Shown piece by piece: positions 7,796 through 15,663 of a DNA stretch of 32,000 nt (positions are counted from its first letter, which is position 1; each line of letters opens with the position of its first letter). A model generated the notes under the pieces. The model made no database searches. It was given only the letters and a program-made list of their open reading frames with translations, and was not told the DNA's origin. Source of the DNA: an uncultured Alphaproteobacteria bacterium (lineage in GTDB: Bacteria > Pseudomonadota > Alphaproteobacteria > Rs-D84); assembly GCA_963931495.1 (NCBI GenBank), contig OZ007020.1:840001-872000 (forward strand), written 5' to 3'. Made by a program: the position numbers and the translations under genes.

Positions 7796-8128
7796 TTAAA
7801 ACGTAGCTAATTGTACTTGTCCTGGGTAATTTTCAGACGGGGGTTTACGAAAGAAATACCAAGAAGCCGCAATAACAGCTAAACCTATACCAACCGAAAC
7901 CAACATCATTGTATTATTATTTTTGTCACTCGATACAGATTTTGCACCACCAGATTTATAACACCAAACCGTATCACCTTGAAATGTTCCACAATCAGAC
8001 CAAGAACTTGGCGCACTATTACATGGGCTAATTCCTCCACCTGAGACATTACGACACCAATCAGCAGAGGCGTTAAAAGTGAACAATATACAAAAACAAG
8101 TTATAAAAACTGACAACAATTTCGTCAT
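7796..8128 (-). CDS. Small Cys-rich exported protein with a single C-terminal transmembrane anchor, function unknown
   Basis: Signal peptide ending FNASA, four Cys in the ~45-aa ectodomain, TM helix MMLVSVGIGLAVIAASWYFF. Same strand as the Slam gene and 85 bp downstream of it. Confidence 0.55.
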   Translation of the reverse strand: MTKLLSVFITCFCILFTFNASADWCRNVSGGGISPCNSAPSSWSDCGTFQGDTVWCYKSGGAKSVSSDKNNNTMMLVSVGIGLAVIAASWYFFRKPPSENYPGQVQLATF

Positions 8129-8213
8129 TTTCCTTTCCTTATGTTTTTGTTAATTATATACATAGCAACTATTTACTTCTGTTGCAAGTGTTTTAACTGT
8201 TAATGTAAGAAAT

Positions 8214-9563
8214 CTAAAACCTTTGCATCATAGAAAATTCTATACCCCATTTATCAAATTCACGTTGCCATATATTTGAATCACGGCGCATATAACTAAA
8301 TGTGAAAGTTGGAACAAAATTCCATACCTCCAATTTACTATTTGAAATTGATACCGCATACCTTTGTGTTAAACTGCTTTCTGCAATTTGTTCAAACTTT
8401 CCGTCTTTTACAACCCAGCGCATATCATCATAATCCTGCAAATACGCAGATACATCAAAATATACATTGAACTGTGCCGGCAAATCTATCCCAAAACCTA
8501 TTCCTAAACTTGGTCGCCAATTTGAATACACTCTATCCTTTGTAACCTCTCTTGCAACTCCTAGTCGCAACATTACATATTTTGAGGAATCAAACGAATG
8601 TATAAAGCGACTTGTAGCGTCATACGTTTGACCATCTAAAATCAATCCAAAATCATCGTATGTATTATCACTAACAAGAAGCGACAGTTGCCCAGATGTC
8701 TTACGTGTAAAATCATAGTTTATATTTAAACGCCCACCAGCAGACCAATTATAAGGGTTCCAACCATACCACCGCCTGCTTGCCGTTGCAGCAAACCATA
8801 CATCGCCGTTTTCCCATACATACCTTGGTCCTGAACTTACAAATAATAACAAGTCATCAAAATCGTGCTTATTATAGATATTTGCATAAATATTCGCATC
8901 CGATTTCCAACGCCACTGTTCTGACAATCGAAACTCGTAATCACCACCTAAAACGAAGTTAAGCCCAACTGCTTTTTCTGGCTCAGGTAATTGTCTACAT
9001 AATGGTCCAAAAATCGTATCGACACATTCTTCCCCACCAACAGAAGTGTTAATATTATTATCTGGTGCCATGCCTAAGTTTAAATACACATTCCAGTTTT
9101 TGTTCTGACGAATTACGTATCTCATATAATTCATCACATTTTTTATATCGTCTGGTAAGTCTTTACCTGCCATGGCACGACGTAACTGATAATCTGCCTG
9201 CCGCCATTGTTTTGTGTTCATATAGCAAATTGCTAATTCAAATCTAACTCTTGCTAAATCTGGATATTTATCAAGGATTTTGCGATATATTTTTATCGCT
9301 TCTTCATAATCTTTGTTTGCGGCTGCAACTCGTCCCCGTAGAAAATTTTGTTCTATATTTAACGCAACATTATCAGCTTCAGGCAACTGCTTTAATATCT
9401 CATCTGCATCTTTAATATTTCCAGCATCTATCAAAGCACCCGTTATTTTTAGGGCATCAACCATAGAAACAGTAACTTCATGTTGTTTTTCGGAACCAAC
9501 ATTCTCTGCCCAGCATACTTCTGGCAATAAATAGACAATAATTGCAAGTATAGCTTTTCTCAC
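8214..9563 (-). CDS. Slam-type surface lipoprotein assembly modulator / DUF560 outer-membrane protein (type 11 secretion system)
   Basis: Signal peptide, N-terminal TPR-like helices (YEEAIKIYRKILDKYPDLARVRFELAICYMNTKQW). The C-terminal ~280 aa is aromatic- and Gly-rich with alternating pattern and a terminal Phe (..FSMMQRF), typical of a beta-barrel. Flanked by TbpB-barrel-like lipoprotein genes. Confidence 0.75.
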   Translation of the reverse strand: MRKAILAIIVYLLPEVCWAENVGSEKQHEVTVSMVDALKITGALIDAGNIKDADEILKQLPEADNVALNIEQNFLRGRVAAANKDYEEAIKIYRKILDKYPDLARVRFELAICYMNTKQWRQADYQLRRAMAGKDLPDDIKNVMNYMRYVIRQNKNWNVYLNLGMAPDNNINTSVGGEECVDTIFGPLCRQLPEPEKAVGLNFVLGGDYEFRLSEQWRWKSDANIYANIYNKHDFDDLLLFVSSGPRYVWENGDVWFAATASRRWYGWNPYNWSAGGRLNINYDFTRKTSGQLSLLVSDNTYDDFGLILDGQTYDATSRFIHSFDSSKYVMLRLGVAREVTKDRVYSNWRPSLGIGFGIDLPAQFNVYFDVSAYLQDYDDMRWVVKDGKFEQIAESSLTQRYAVSISNSKLEVWNFVPTFTFSYMRRDSNIWQREFDKWGIEFSMMQRF

Positions 9564-9654
9564 TATATTACACCAATTTTAGTAACTATATTCTAAGTAT
9601 ATGTTAATTTTTATTACACAAATATCAATCGTATTTTTACCAATAATATAAAAA

Positions 9655-9690
9655 GTAAAAAGCCACCTTATTTATGGTGGCTTTTATTTT
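9655..9690 (-). terminator. Bidirectional intrinsic terminator downstream of lipoprotein SLP1
   Basis: AGCCACC-8 nt-GGTGGCT with T-runs on both strands, 7 nt beyond the SLP1 stop codon. Confidence 0.7.
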
Positions 9691-9696
9691 TAACAA

Positions 9697-10659
9697 TTAC
9701 TTTGCTCCAAATGCAACATCTAGTTTTATACCAGATTCATGTTCTTGAAACTGAAGCAAACCATTTGCCTCTGTTGGTATACCATTTTCTGGCTTCGGAG
9801 CATAATAATTCACATCCATGTTTGCACCGGACATAATAATATCCCCGTTTGCGTCTGGCTGGGTTCCAAACTTTACTAAATCTTCCTTATTTTTATAGTT
9901 GCTAAACACAATTGTACCAGTAGCATTATCTTGCACATTTATATCGTACCAATTCCCAAACGTGGCCCCAAGGCTACTAATACCACTTGCACTATCAAAA
10001 CGAAGAGTCGCCTCGCCATCTAAGCTAACTTTAGCAGAATTCGAACTAGCTTGTCCAACCGCTCTACCAGTAAATTTTACATTAGTAGCAATGTTTGAAG
10101 TATCAACTCTATTTGCAACATTAACATCTATAAATGGAATATTTTCGCTTATATTATTTTGTTCGCCTGTGATGTTTATTTTATCTATTTTATACGTTCC
10201 AAAATTAGAATACGACAATCCCAATTCTTTTCCTAGATAATCATATTCTTTTATATCTTCAATGTTTATTTCGTCTACATATCTTAAACCAGAAACCCTA
10301 CGAGACGGTCTTCCTCCAGTATCTTCTTTAGGCACATAGTCTGTTTTATCGCCACGATCGTCATTTGGTGAACGTTCCGAACTATCACCTCTTCCATCAC
10401 TAGGCACATAATTTGTACTATTTCCTCGACCACCTGTCGGATTACGTCCCCCAGTGTCACCCCGATCATCTTCTGGTGTATGAGGCACTTCACCACGATC
10501 ATCGCTTGGTGTACGATTTGCTGAATCGCCTCGATCATCAGTTGGAATATGTGGACTACAACCTCGCCCAGTATCTACACAAGTTGGAGAATATCCTCTG
10601 TCTCCGCCACCACAGGCACTCAACAACATAACGATTATCAAGCAAGTTATTTTTTTCAC
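9697..10659 (-). CDS. Surface-lipoprotein candidate SLP1: lipobox, DDRGD-repeat linker, TbpB-like C-terminal beta-barrel
   Basis: GTG start at 10659 preceded by GGGAGAG; the ORF track's upstream extension lacks a signal peptide. Lipobox LLSAC. C-terminal paralog motifs YLGKELGLSYSNFG, KFTGRAVG, GEATLRFD, NWYDI, VNYYAP, PTEANG, and terminal AFGAK. Confidence 0.75.
   Translation of the reverse strand: MKKITCLIIVMLLSACGGGDRGYSPTCVDTGRGCSPHIPTDDRGDSANRTPSDDRGEVPHTPEDDRGDTGGRNPTGGRGNSTNYVPSDGRGDSSERSPNDDRGDKTDYVPKEDTGGRPSRRVSGLRYVDEINIEDIKEYDYLGKELGLSYSNFGTYKIDKINITGEQNNISENIPFIDVNVANRVDTSNIATNVKFTGRAVGQASSNSAKVSLDGEATLRFDSASGISSLGATFGNWYDINVQDNATGTIVFSNYKNKEDLVKFGTQPDANGDIIMSGANMDVNYYAPKPENGIPTEANGLLQFQEHESGIKLDVAFGAK
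10300..10608 (-). repeat. Degenerate tandem coding repeat (P-x-DDRG-D/E-x5-6) forming a low-complexity linker
   Basis: Protein segment GGGDRGYSPT..TDDRGDSANRTPSDDRGEVPHTPEDDRGDTGGRNPTGGRGNSTNYVPSDGRGDSSERSPNDDRGDKTDYVP contains four RGD plus RGE, RGN and RGC variants. Confidence 0.8.
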
Positions 10660-10748
10660 TTCTCTCTCCCAACTTATTTGTGAGTTCCTATCTCTTTGCT
10701 TTAAGTATACCACAAAAACACAGTACAAACAAGCCCATTAAACAAGAA

Positions 10749-10801
10749 ACGGCTAATCTGAAAACAATCTACAAATAACTTAGACTGTTATGATTAGCCG
10801 T
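10749..10801 (-). terminator. Long hairpin downstream of the glycine-rich gene (possible terminator)
   Basis: 10-bp stem ACGGCTAATC / GATTAGCCGT with a 33-nt loop, followed by TTCTTGTTT on the minus strand. Weak U-tract. Confidence 0.3.
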
Positions 10802-10823
10802 CTTTTCTAACTATATTACGATA

Positions 10824-11720
10824 TTAGCGAACTTTTTCTTGCGCCTTTCTCAGCTGTTCTATTTTTAACAACCAAACCGCTCCTGTTCCACCAACACCGC
10901 CGGCACCACCTTGACCATTGATGCCTCTACCAGGTGAAGTCGGGTTAACCCCATTTTGACCAGATGTCCAGGCGCCGCCGCCACCGCCACCTTTTCCACC
11001 GGCAACTCCTGTCATACTCGGTCTGCTTGCTGGAGCAGTACCATTAGATCCATTTCCGCCTGCAATATACTGTGCGATATCGTCTGCAGAAAGAGTCATT
11101 ATATTGCTCTCTGTAATAGACAGCCCATTGACACTTGCTCCACGACCACCTAACCCAGCACCGTCAATATTTTCAGCACCTTTGCCACCAGTACCTCCTG
11201 CTCTAACAGTTCATCTTACTGCACCAACCGTTGAACTTTCACCACTACCGTTACTGCCTTGTCCTCCAGGTATTGGGCTGATGGATGGCATTGTACCAGA
11301 GGATACTCTTATCCCCGGATTTCCCCCAGCACCACCACCACGAGATCCAACGTAACCCTGCGCTCCAACAGAGTCACCAGGAATAGCTGGAGTATTTCCT
11401 ACCCCTCCAACTGTGGATCCAGAGCCTGCTTTTGGTATACTAAGATTTATCGCACCAACTAAACGGGTAACGTTTTCACTAATCTCAATGTTTAAAGCCC
11501 CGGCCTCAACATTTTGATAAGTATTTACAAAAACATATGCTCCGCCACCGCCGCCACCGCCAGCTGCGCCATCATCACGAGTAGCAGGTCTATAGTTATT
11601 TGCCCTAGAAGTTCCACCTTTCGCACCGTTACCTCCAGGTCCAATAACCACAACCCTATAGGTACCGGCTTCAAGTGTTGTTGAATACTGTCCAGCTGAT
11701 TTATAACTTAACAACGCCAT
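10824..11720 (-). pseudogene. Glycine-rich-domain protein gene interrupted by one in-frame TGA (11211-11213); a nonsense pseudogene or a read-through gene
   Basis: ATG 11720 has a perfect AAGGAGG RBS. ORFs 11211..11831 and 10824..11099 are in the same frame. The 37 codons between them (TVRAGGTGGKGAENIDGAGLGGRGASVNGLSITESNI) contain no stop. Domain start (GTYRVVVIGPGGNGA) and end (GAVWLLKIE) motifs lie on opposite sides of the TGA. Confidence 0.7.
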
Positions 11721-11842
11721 TTTGCCCTCCTTATTTTTGCTTTTTGTGACTATGAAAACCGTATCATAGCCTTCACTAAAAAGATTACATTCATAAATAA
11801 ATCCCACAAGTTTTTTATTTTTAAAAGTCAAACTTTATTCAC

Positions 11843-11870
11843 TTGAAAAAATGCTTTTTACAGTTATAAT
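11843..11870 (+). promoter_or_regulatory. Candidate sigma70 promoter for SLP2
   Basis: TTGAAA (11843-11848), a 16-nt spacer, then a perfect TATAAT (11865-11870), about 60 nt upstream of ATG 11931. Confidence 0.45.
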
Positions 11871-11930
11871 TATTACTTGTCAAAACCGCAAAAAACAAGA
11901 CTTTTTTCCTATTTTCAAAGGAGAAATAGA

Positions 11931-13163
11931 ATGAAAAAAATTATCTTACTAATTACTTGTAATCTCTTAGCTGCATGTAGTTTATGGAATGAAGATATAA
12001 GTAAATATTCTTCAAACTCCGGCTCCAATCGTGACCCATATGATCCAAGTGTAGAAGTTCCATATAAAAACATTGCTCACGAGAGCAATAAAAAGGTTAC
12101 GAATATGGTATCTACAACTTATGACCAATTAAACAGATTTATTGCACACAGAATGGGCGGTTATTCTGCTTTCCCTATAAACGATTATCAAGAAATCGCA
12201 AAACTAGCCGTTTGGCTAACTTCAGAAGAAAGAACTGCAAAAGAAATTGAAGATAAGTTTTATGAGAATGCTGTTTTGCTGCATAATGCTATGTATGTTG
12301 TTAATAAAAAATTAGCAGGCTGTGTAAATTTCACCGCTTCAAGCTCAGGCGCAGATGCAGGGGCCTGTTTTGTTAAGTGGAGAGAAGAAAATGCAGATAA
12401 ATTTGACAAAGCTGCCCAAGATATTCGTGACAATGCGGACTTAATCAGTCTTCAGGAAGCAAGCTTTTCAACTAACAACGATACGGTTTTACGTTTCCTG
12501 TTAAATGACGCATCGCCGAATGGTGCAGATGGTGAAATAACAAAAATCGAAGTAAATGGGACACGATATACTCGCATTGATGACAGTAACTCATTCCAAA
12601 ATGGGGATGCTATTTTAACGTATAATTCACTTGGGAAAGAATTAGGACTTTCTTACTCTGATTTTGGAAGTTACTATATATTGAATAAAAAAACGGACAA
12701 AATCTTAACAAACAATACACCTTTTGCCGGTGGTTACGAAGCCCGTGAAGTTACTAACATTTCTCAAGATATGAAATTCACAGGTCGTGCTGTTGGTGTG
12801 GTAACAAACAATAAAAATTCTTCCGAGCGCATAGATATATCTGGAACGGCCACATTAAACTTTGACCAGAAATCTGGCGTAAGTACTTTAGGTGCCAATT
12901 TTTCCAATTGGTACGACATAGTTGTTCAAAACGATTCCGCAGGAACAATCAAGTTTAATAATTATAAGAACAATGCGAATAACTACGACATGCAGGTTTC
13001 TGGCAGTCCAGTTGAGGGAACAATAACTGCAAATGGTGCAGATTTAAATGTTAAATATTATGGTCAAGTACCAACAACTGGGATACCAACAGAAGCCTCT
13101 GGCTTAGTTCAATACAATGACCCTAACAGCATAAAATTAGATATGGCTTTCGGTGCAAAGTAA
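11931..13163 (+). CDS. Surface-lipoprotein candidate SLP2: lipobox, helical N-terminal domain, TbpB-like C-terminal barrel
   Basis: GGAG RBS then MKKIILLITCNLLAAC lipobox. The N-domain (AVWLTSEERTAKEIE...CFVKWRE) is shared with SLP3. C-terminal motifs YNSLGKELGLSYSDFG, NTPFAGGY, KFTGRAVG, GTATLNFD, NWYDI, VKYYG, PTEASG, AFGAK. Confidence 0.8.
   Translation: MKKIILLITCNLLAACSLWNEDISKYSSNSGSNRDPYDPSVEVPYKNIAHESNKKVTNMVSTTYDQLNRFIAHRMGGYSAFPINDYQEIAKLAVWLTSEERTAKEIEDKFYENAVLLHNAMYVVNKKLAGCVNFTASSSGADAGACFVKWREENADKFDKAAQDIRDNADLISLQEASFSTNNDTVLRFLLNDASPNGADGEITKIEVNGTRYTRIDDSNSFQNGDAILTYNSLGKELGLSYSDFGSYYILNKKTDKILTNNTPFAGGYEAREVTNISQDMKFTGRAVGVVTNNKNSSERIDISGTATLNFDQKSGVSTLGANFSNWYDIVVQNDSAGTIKFNNYKNNANNYDMQVSGSPVEGTITANGADLNVKYYGQVPTTGIPTEASGLVQYNDPNSIKLDMAFGAK
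12615..12667. repeat. 53-bp perfect inverted repeat, copy in SLP2
   Basis: TTAACGTATAATTCACTTGGGAAAGAATTAGGACTTTCTTACTCTGATTTTGG equals the reverse complement of 13752-13804. Starts at codon position 1 and encodes LTYNSLGKELGLSYSDFG. Confidence 0.95.
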
Positions 13164-13246
13164 TCAGCAAGCGACCGTTTTTGAAATATCGTGTGCTTAT
13201 TGATTATAACTATATTGCTTTTCGATTAGCGAAAAACTACCTTGTT

Positions 13247-14509
13247 TTACTTTGCTCCGAACGCAATATCCATTTTTACATTTGAACCGTTTTCTTGAAA
13301 ATGTACCAAGCCGGTTGCCTCCGTTGGCACACCAGTTGCGGGCATTGGTGCATAATAATTCACGTTCATTTCTGCATTAGAATAAACTATAGGACCTTTC
13401 CCATCCCCTGTATCCGCTTGTAGCTTTACAAGCCCATCCGCATTCTTGTAGTTATCAAACTCAATAGAACCATTAGTATTAACTAATACATCATACCAAT
13501 TATTAAACGAGGCCCCAAGTGTACTACCTCCTGTGTTTGAATTAAACGTTAATGTGGCTTCACCCTTTAAATCTACGACTTGACTATCCGATGATGCAAC
13601 ACCAACAGCAACACCACTAAAGTCTACATTTTGTTTAATATCTTCTTCTGCCACTTTATGCATTGAATAACCACCAGCGAAAGGCGTATTATCAGCGATC
13701 ACTTGCTTCACTTCACCAGAGTCTTGATATTTATCTACCACATTATAGATACCAAAATCAGAGTAAGAAAGTCCTAATTCTTTCCCAAGTGAATTATACG
13801 TTAATGTTTGTTTTATAAATGAGCCATCCTGGAATAAAATACTATAAAACTCATTATTATTCTCACGATTTGCATACTCTGTATTTTCCGAATTATTTTT
13901 AAGTTTTATACCTGTTATACTTCCTGTTTCTTCATCAACAACGAAGCTTAGTTGCATATTATTAGCAGCTTCAAACAATGCATTGCTAGCATCTAACTTA
14001 AATGTGTTTTGATATATATCATTTGAAATATAATTAAATTCATCGGGGTGTGTATCACGCCATCTCACGAAACATTGCGCGGCCCCGTTAACTCCGCCAG
14101 ATTTAAAACAAGAATTCAATCTGTTGTCTACCACATACACAACCATATGCATTAGAGTCAAATTATCTGCAAAATATTGTTCTATCTCATTAACTGTTCT
14201 ATTACCGCTAGTAAGCCAGACAGCCGCTTCAGCAATATCAACTTGAGAAATATCTTCACCTGTGTTTGGGTTATAATCATTCCACTTATTTAATCTATAA
14301 GTTATATAGTCAACAATCTGGCTATCTGTCCGTGACAATATTCCAGTCAATTTGGAGTTTTCTTCAACAGCAGAATTTACAAAGGGACCGCTAGGATTTG
14401 TAGGATTTCCTACAGAGCCATTACCACCTGAAGGATAGGATATTGTTTTGTCACTTCCAGCACACGCACTTAAGGTTAGTAACAAAAGGATCAAGAGTTC
14501 TTTTCTCAT
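13247..14509 (-). CDS. Surface-lipoprotein candidate SLP3 (paralog of SLP2)
   Basis: AAGGTGG RBS then MRKELLILLLLTLSAC lipobox. N-domain AVWLTSGNRTVNEIE...CFVRWRD. The same C-terminal barrel motifs, ending IAFGAK. Confidence 0.8.
   Translation of the reverse strand: MRKELLILLLLTLSACAGSDKTISYPSGGNGSVGNPTNPSGPFVNSAVEENSKLTGILSRTDSQIVDYITYRLNKWNDYNPNTGEDISQVDIAEAAVWLTSGNRTVNEIEQYFADNLTLMHMVVYVVDNRLNSCFKSGGVNGAAQCFVRWRDTHPDEFNYISNDIYQNTFKLDASNALFEAANNMQLSFVVDEETGSITGIKLKNNSENTEYANRENNNEFYSILFQDGSFIKQTLTYNSLGKELGLSYSDFGIYNVVDKYQDSGEVKQVIADNTPFAGGYSMHKVAEEDIKQNVDFSGVAVGVASSDSQVVDLKGEATLTFNSNTGGSTLGASFNNWYDVLVNTNGSIEFDNYKNADGLVKLQADTGDGKGPIVYSNAEMNVNYYAPMPATGVPTEATGLVHFQENGSNVKMDIAFGAK
13752..13804. 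repeat. 53-bp perfect inverted repeat, copy in SLP3
   Basis: Reverse complement identical to 12615-12667. Codon position 1 in SLP3 ((14509-13804) is divisible by 3). Confidence 0.95.
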
Positions 14510-14671
14510 AGGTCCACCTTTTTTCGCATAATATATCAAACAACTATTCTCATTGATCCTATATATTTTAATAAAACACAGCTTTATTATACGATAGCTT
14601 TAATCCGCACAATTCTCTTACTACTTTAAAACAAACCTTTCAAAAATCATTCTAATAATATACTGTTACGC

Positions 14672-15610
14672 CTACTTTTTTACACCAAAATTTATAATGG
14701 CGTTTACATTTTCATCCTCTAAACCGATAAAACCAACTGCCTCCGTCGGAACCCCATCACCATAATAATTAGTTTTCATATCTGTAACGGTAGGTTTTTC
14801 CATACCGAACATTTCATCTTTACCGGTGGGATTATCCTCACTATAGTTTTTTAGAGTCACACTTTGCACATTGCTTCCTTGACATTCCACATCAACATCA
14901 TACCAATTATCAAAATTTGCTTTTATTTGCTCCACACCATCATAAAATGTAAGTTCTGCGTCACCAGCCAACTCTAAAACATCAACTTCATTCGTTTCTA
15001 CATCACTTGTCGCAGTAACTCTACCTATCGCTTTCCCTGAAAACACTAATCTATCTTGCGTATTTATTTCTTCTTTGGATATTTGTTTAATTTTATAGCC
15101 ACCAGCAAAAAATGGTTTATCTCTAATCTCTATTCCATCTGACAATCTTTCAACATATACATCTAAAGTACCAAAGTCTGCATATGTTAATCCCAATTCT
15201 TTTCCTAAGCTATTATAAGTTATTTCCCCCCGAATCCCGCCAGAGTTTTCATTATATACAACCAAAAACGTATTTGCTTCGCCTTTTCTAACGGCTTCTA
15301 TATCATAAACACCAACATCATTTCCCAATTCAAAATCTTCTAATACAATTTTTTCAACTTTACCATAATCGCCAACACCAAAACTAATATCTTTCACCTT
15401 GCTTACATCATCTTCAAAAAGAGCATATAACCCCACATCATCTAAATGTAACACATTTTCATCAACAACTATCCTTGTCATCATACCTGTTATTTGTTTA
15501 TTACTCATAACCGCAATATCTCTAGGTGGTATAGAGCCGGAGGGAACCGTTGTTCCTCCACCACATGCAACCAACAAAGAAACAAACAAAATGGCTATTC
15601 CTTTTCTCAT
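14672..15610 (-). CDS. Surface-lipoprotein candidate SLP4 (shorter paralog)
   Basis: MRKGIAILFVSLLVAC lipobox. Motifs YNSLGKELGLTYADFG, FFAGGY, VFSGKAIG, GDAELTF, NWYDV, TNYYG, PTEAVG, terminal NFGVKK. Confidence 0.75.
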   Translation of the reverse strand: MRKGIAILFVSLLVACGGGTTVPSGSIPPRDIAVMSNKQITGMMTRIVVDENVLHLDDVGLYALFEDDVSKVKDISFGVGDYGKVEKIVLEDFELGNDVGVYDIEAVRKGEANTFLVVYNENSGGIRGEITYNSLGKELGLTYADFGTLDVYVERLSDGIEIRDKPFFAGGYKIKQISKEEINTQDRLVFSGKAIGRVTATSDVETNEVDVLELAGDAELTFYDGVEQIKANFDNWYDVDVECQGSNVQSVTLKNYSEDNPTGKDEMFGMEKPTVTDMKTNYYGDGVPTEAVGFIGLEDENVNAIINFGVKK

Positions 15611-15663
15611 TTTATATTTTGAAAGTGGCTACAAATAGTGCAACCACTTTCTCATCCTACTTA

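Noticed and set aside
11104-11355. Proline-rich plus-strand ORF (also 10956..11153 and 26355..26675)
   Set aside because: These are mirror-image artefacts. GGN-rich codons of the minus-strand glycine-rich genes read as CCN on the opposite strand. No RBS and no independent support.
10824-11831. Alternative genetic code (TGA = Trp/Gly) as the explanation for the in-frame TGA in the glycine-rich gene
   Set aside because: TGA terminates well-supported phage genes at positions tightly coupled to the next start. The tail fibre stop at 26960-26962 lies 6 nt before the next ATG. The genes ending at 18721 and 18936 overlap the following starts. TGA is therefore an ordinary stop here.
15621-15651. Hairpin GAAAGTGG-15 nt-CCACTTTC between the 390-aa gene and SLP4 as a terminator
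   Set aside because: No U-tract follows on either strand. It may be a regulatory or processing structure, but I cannot support a call.
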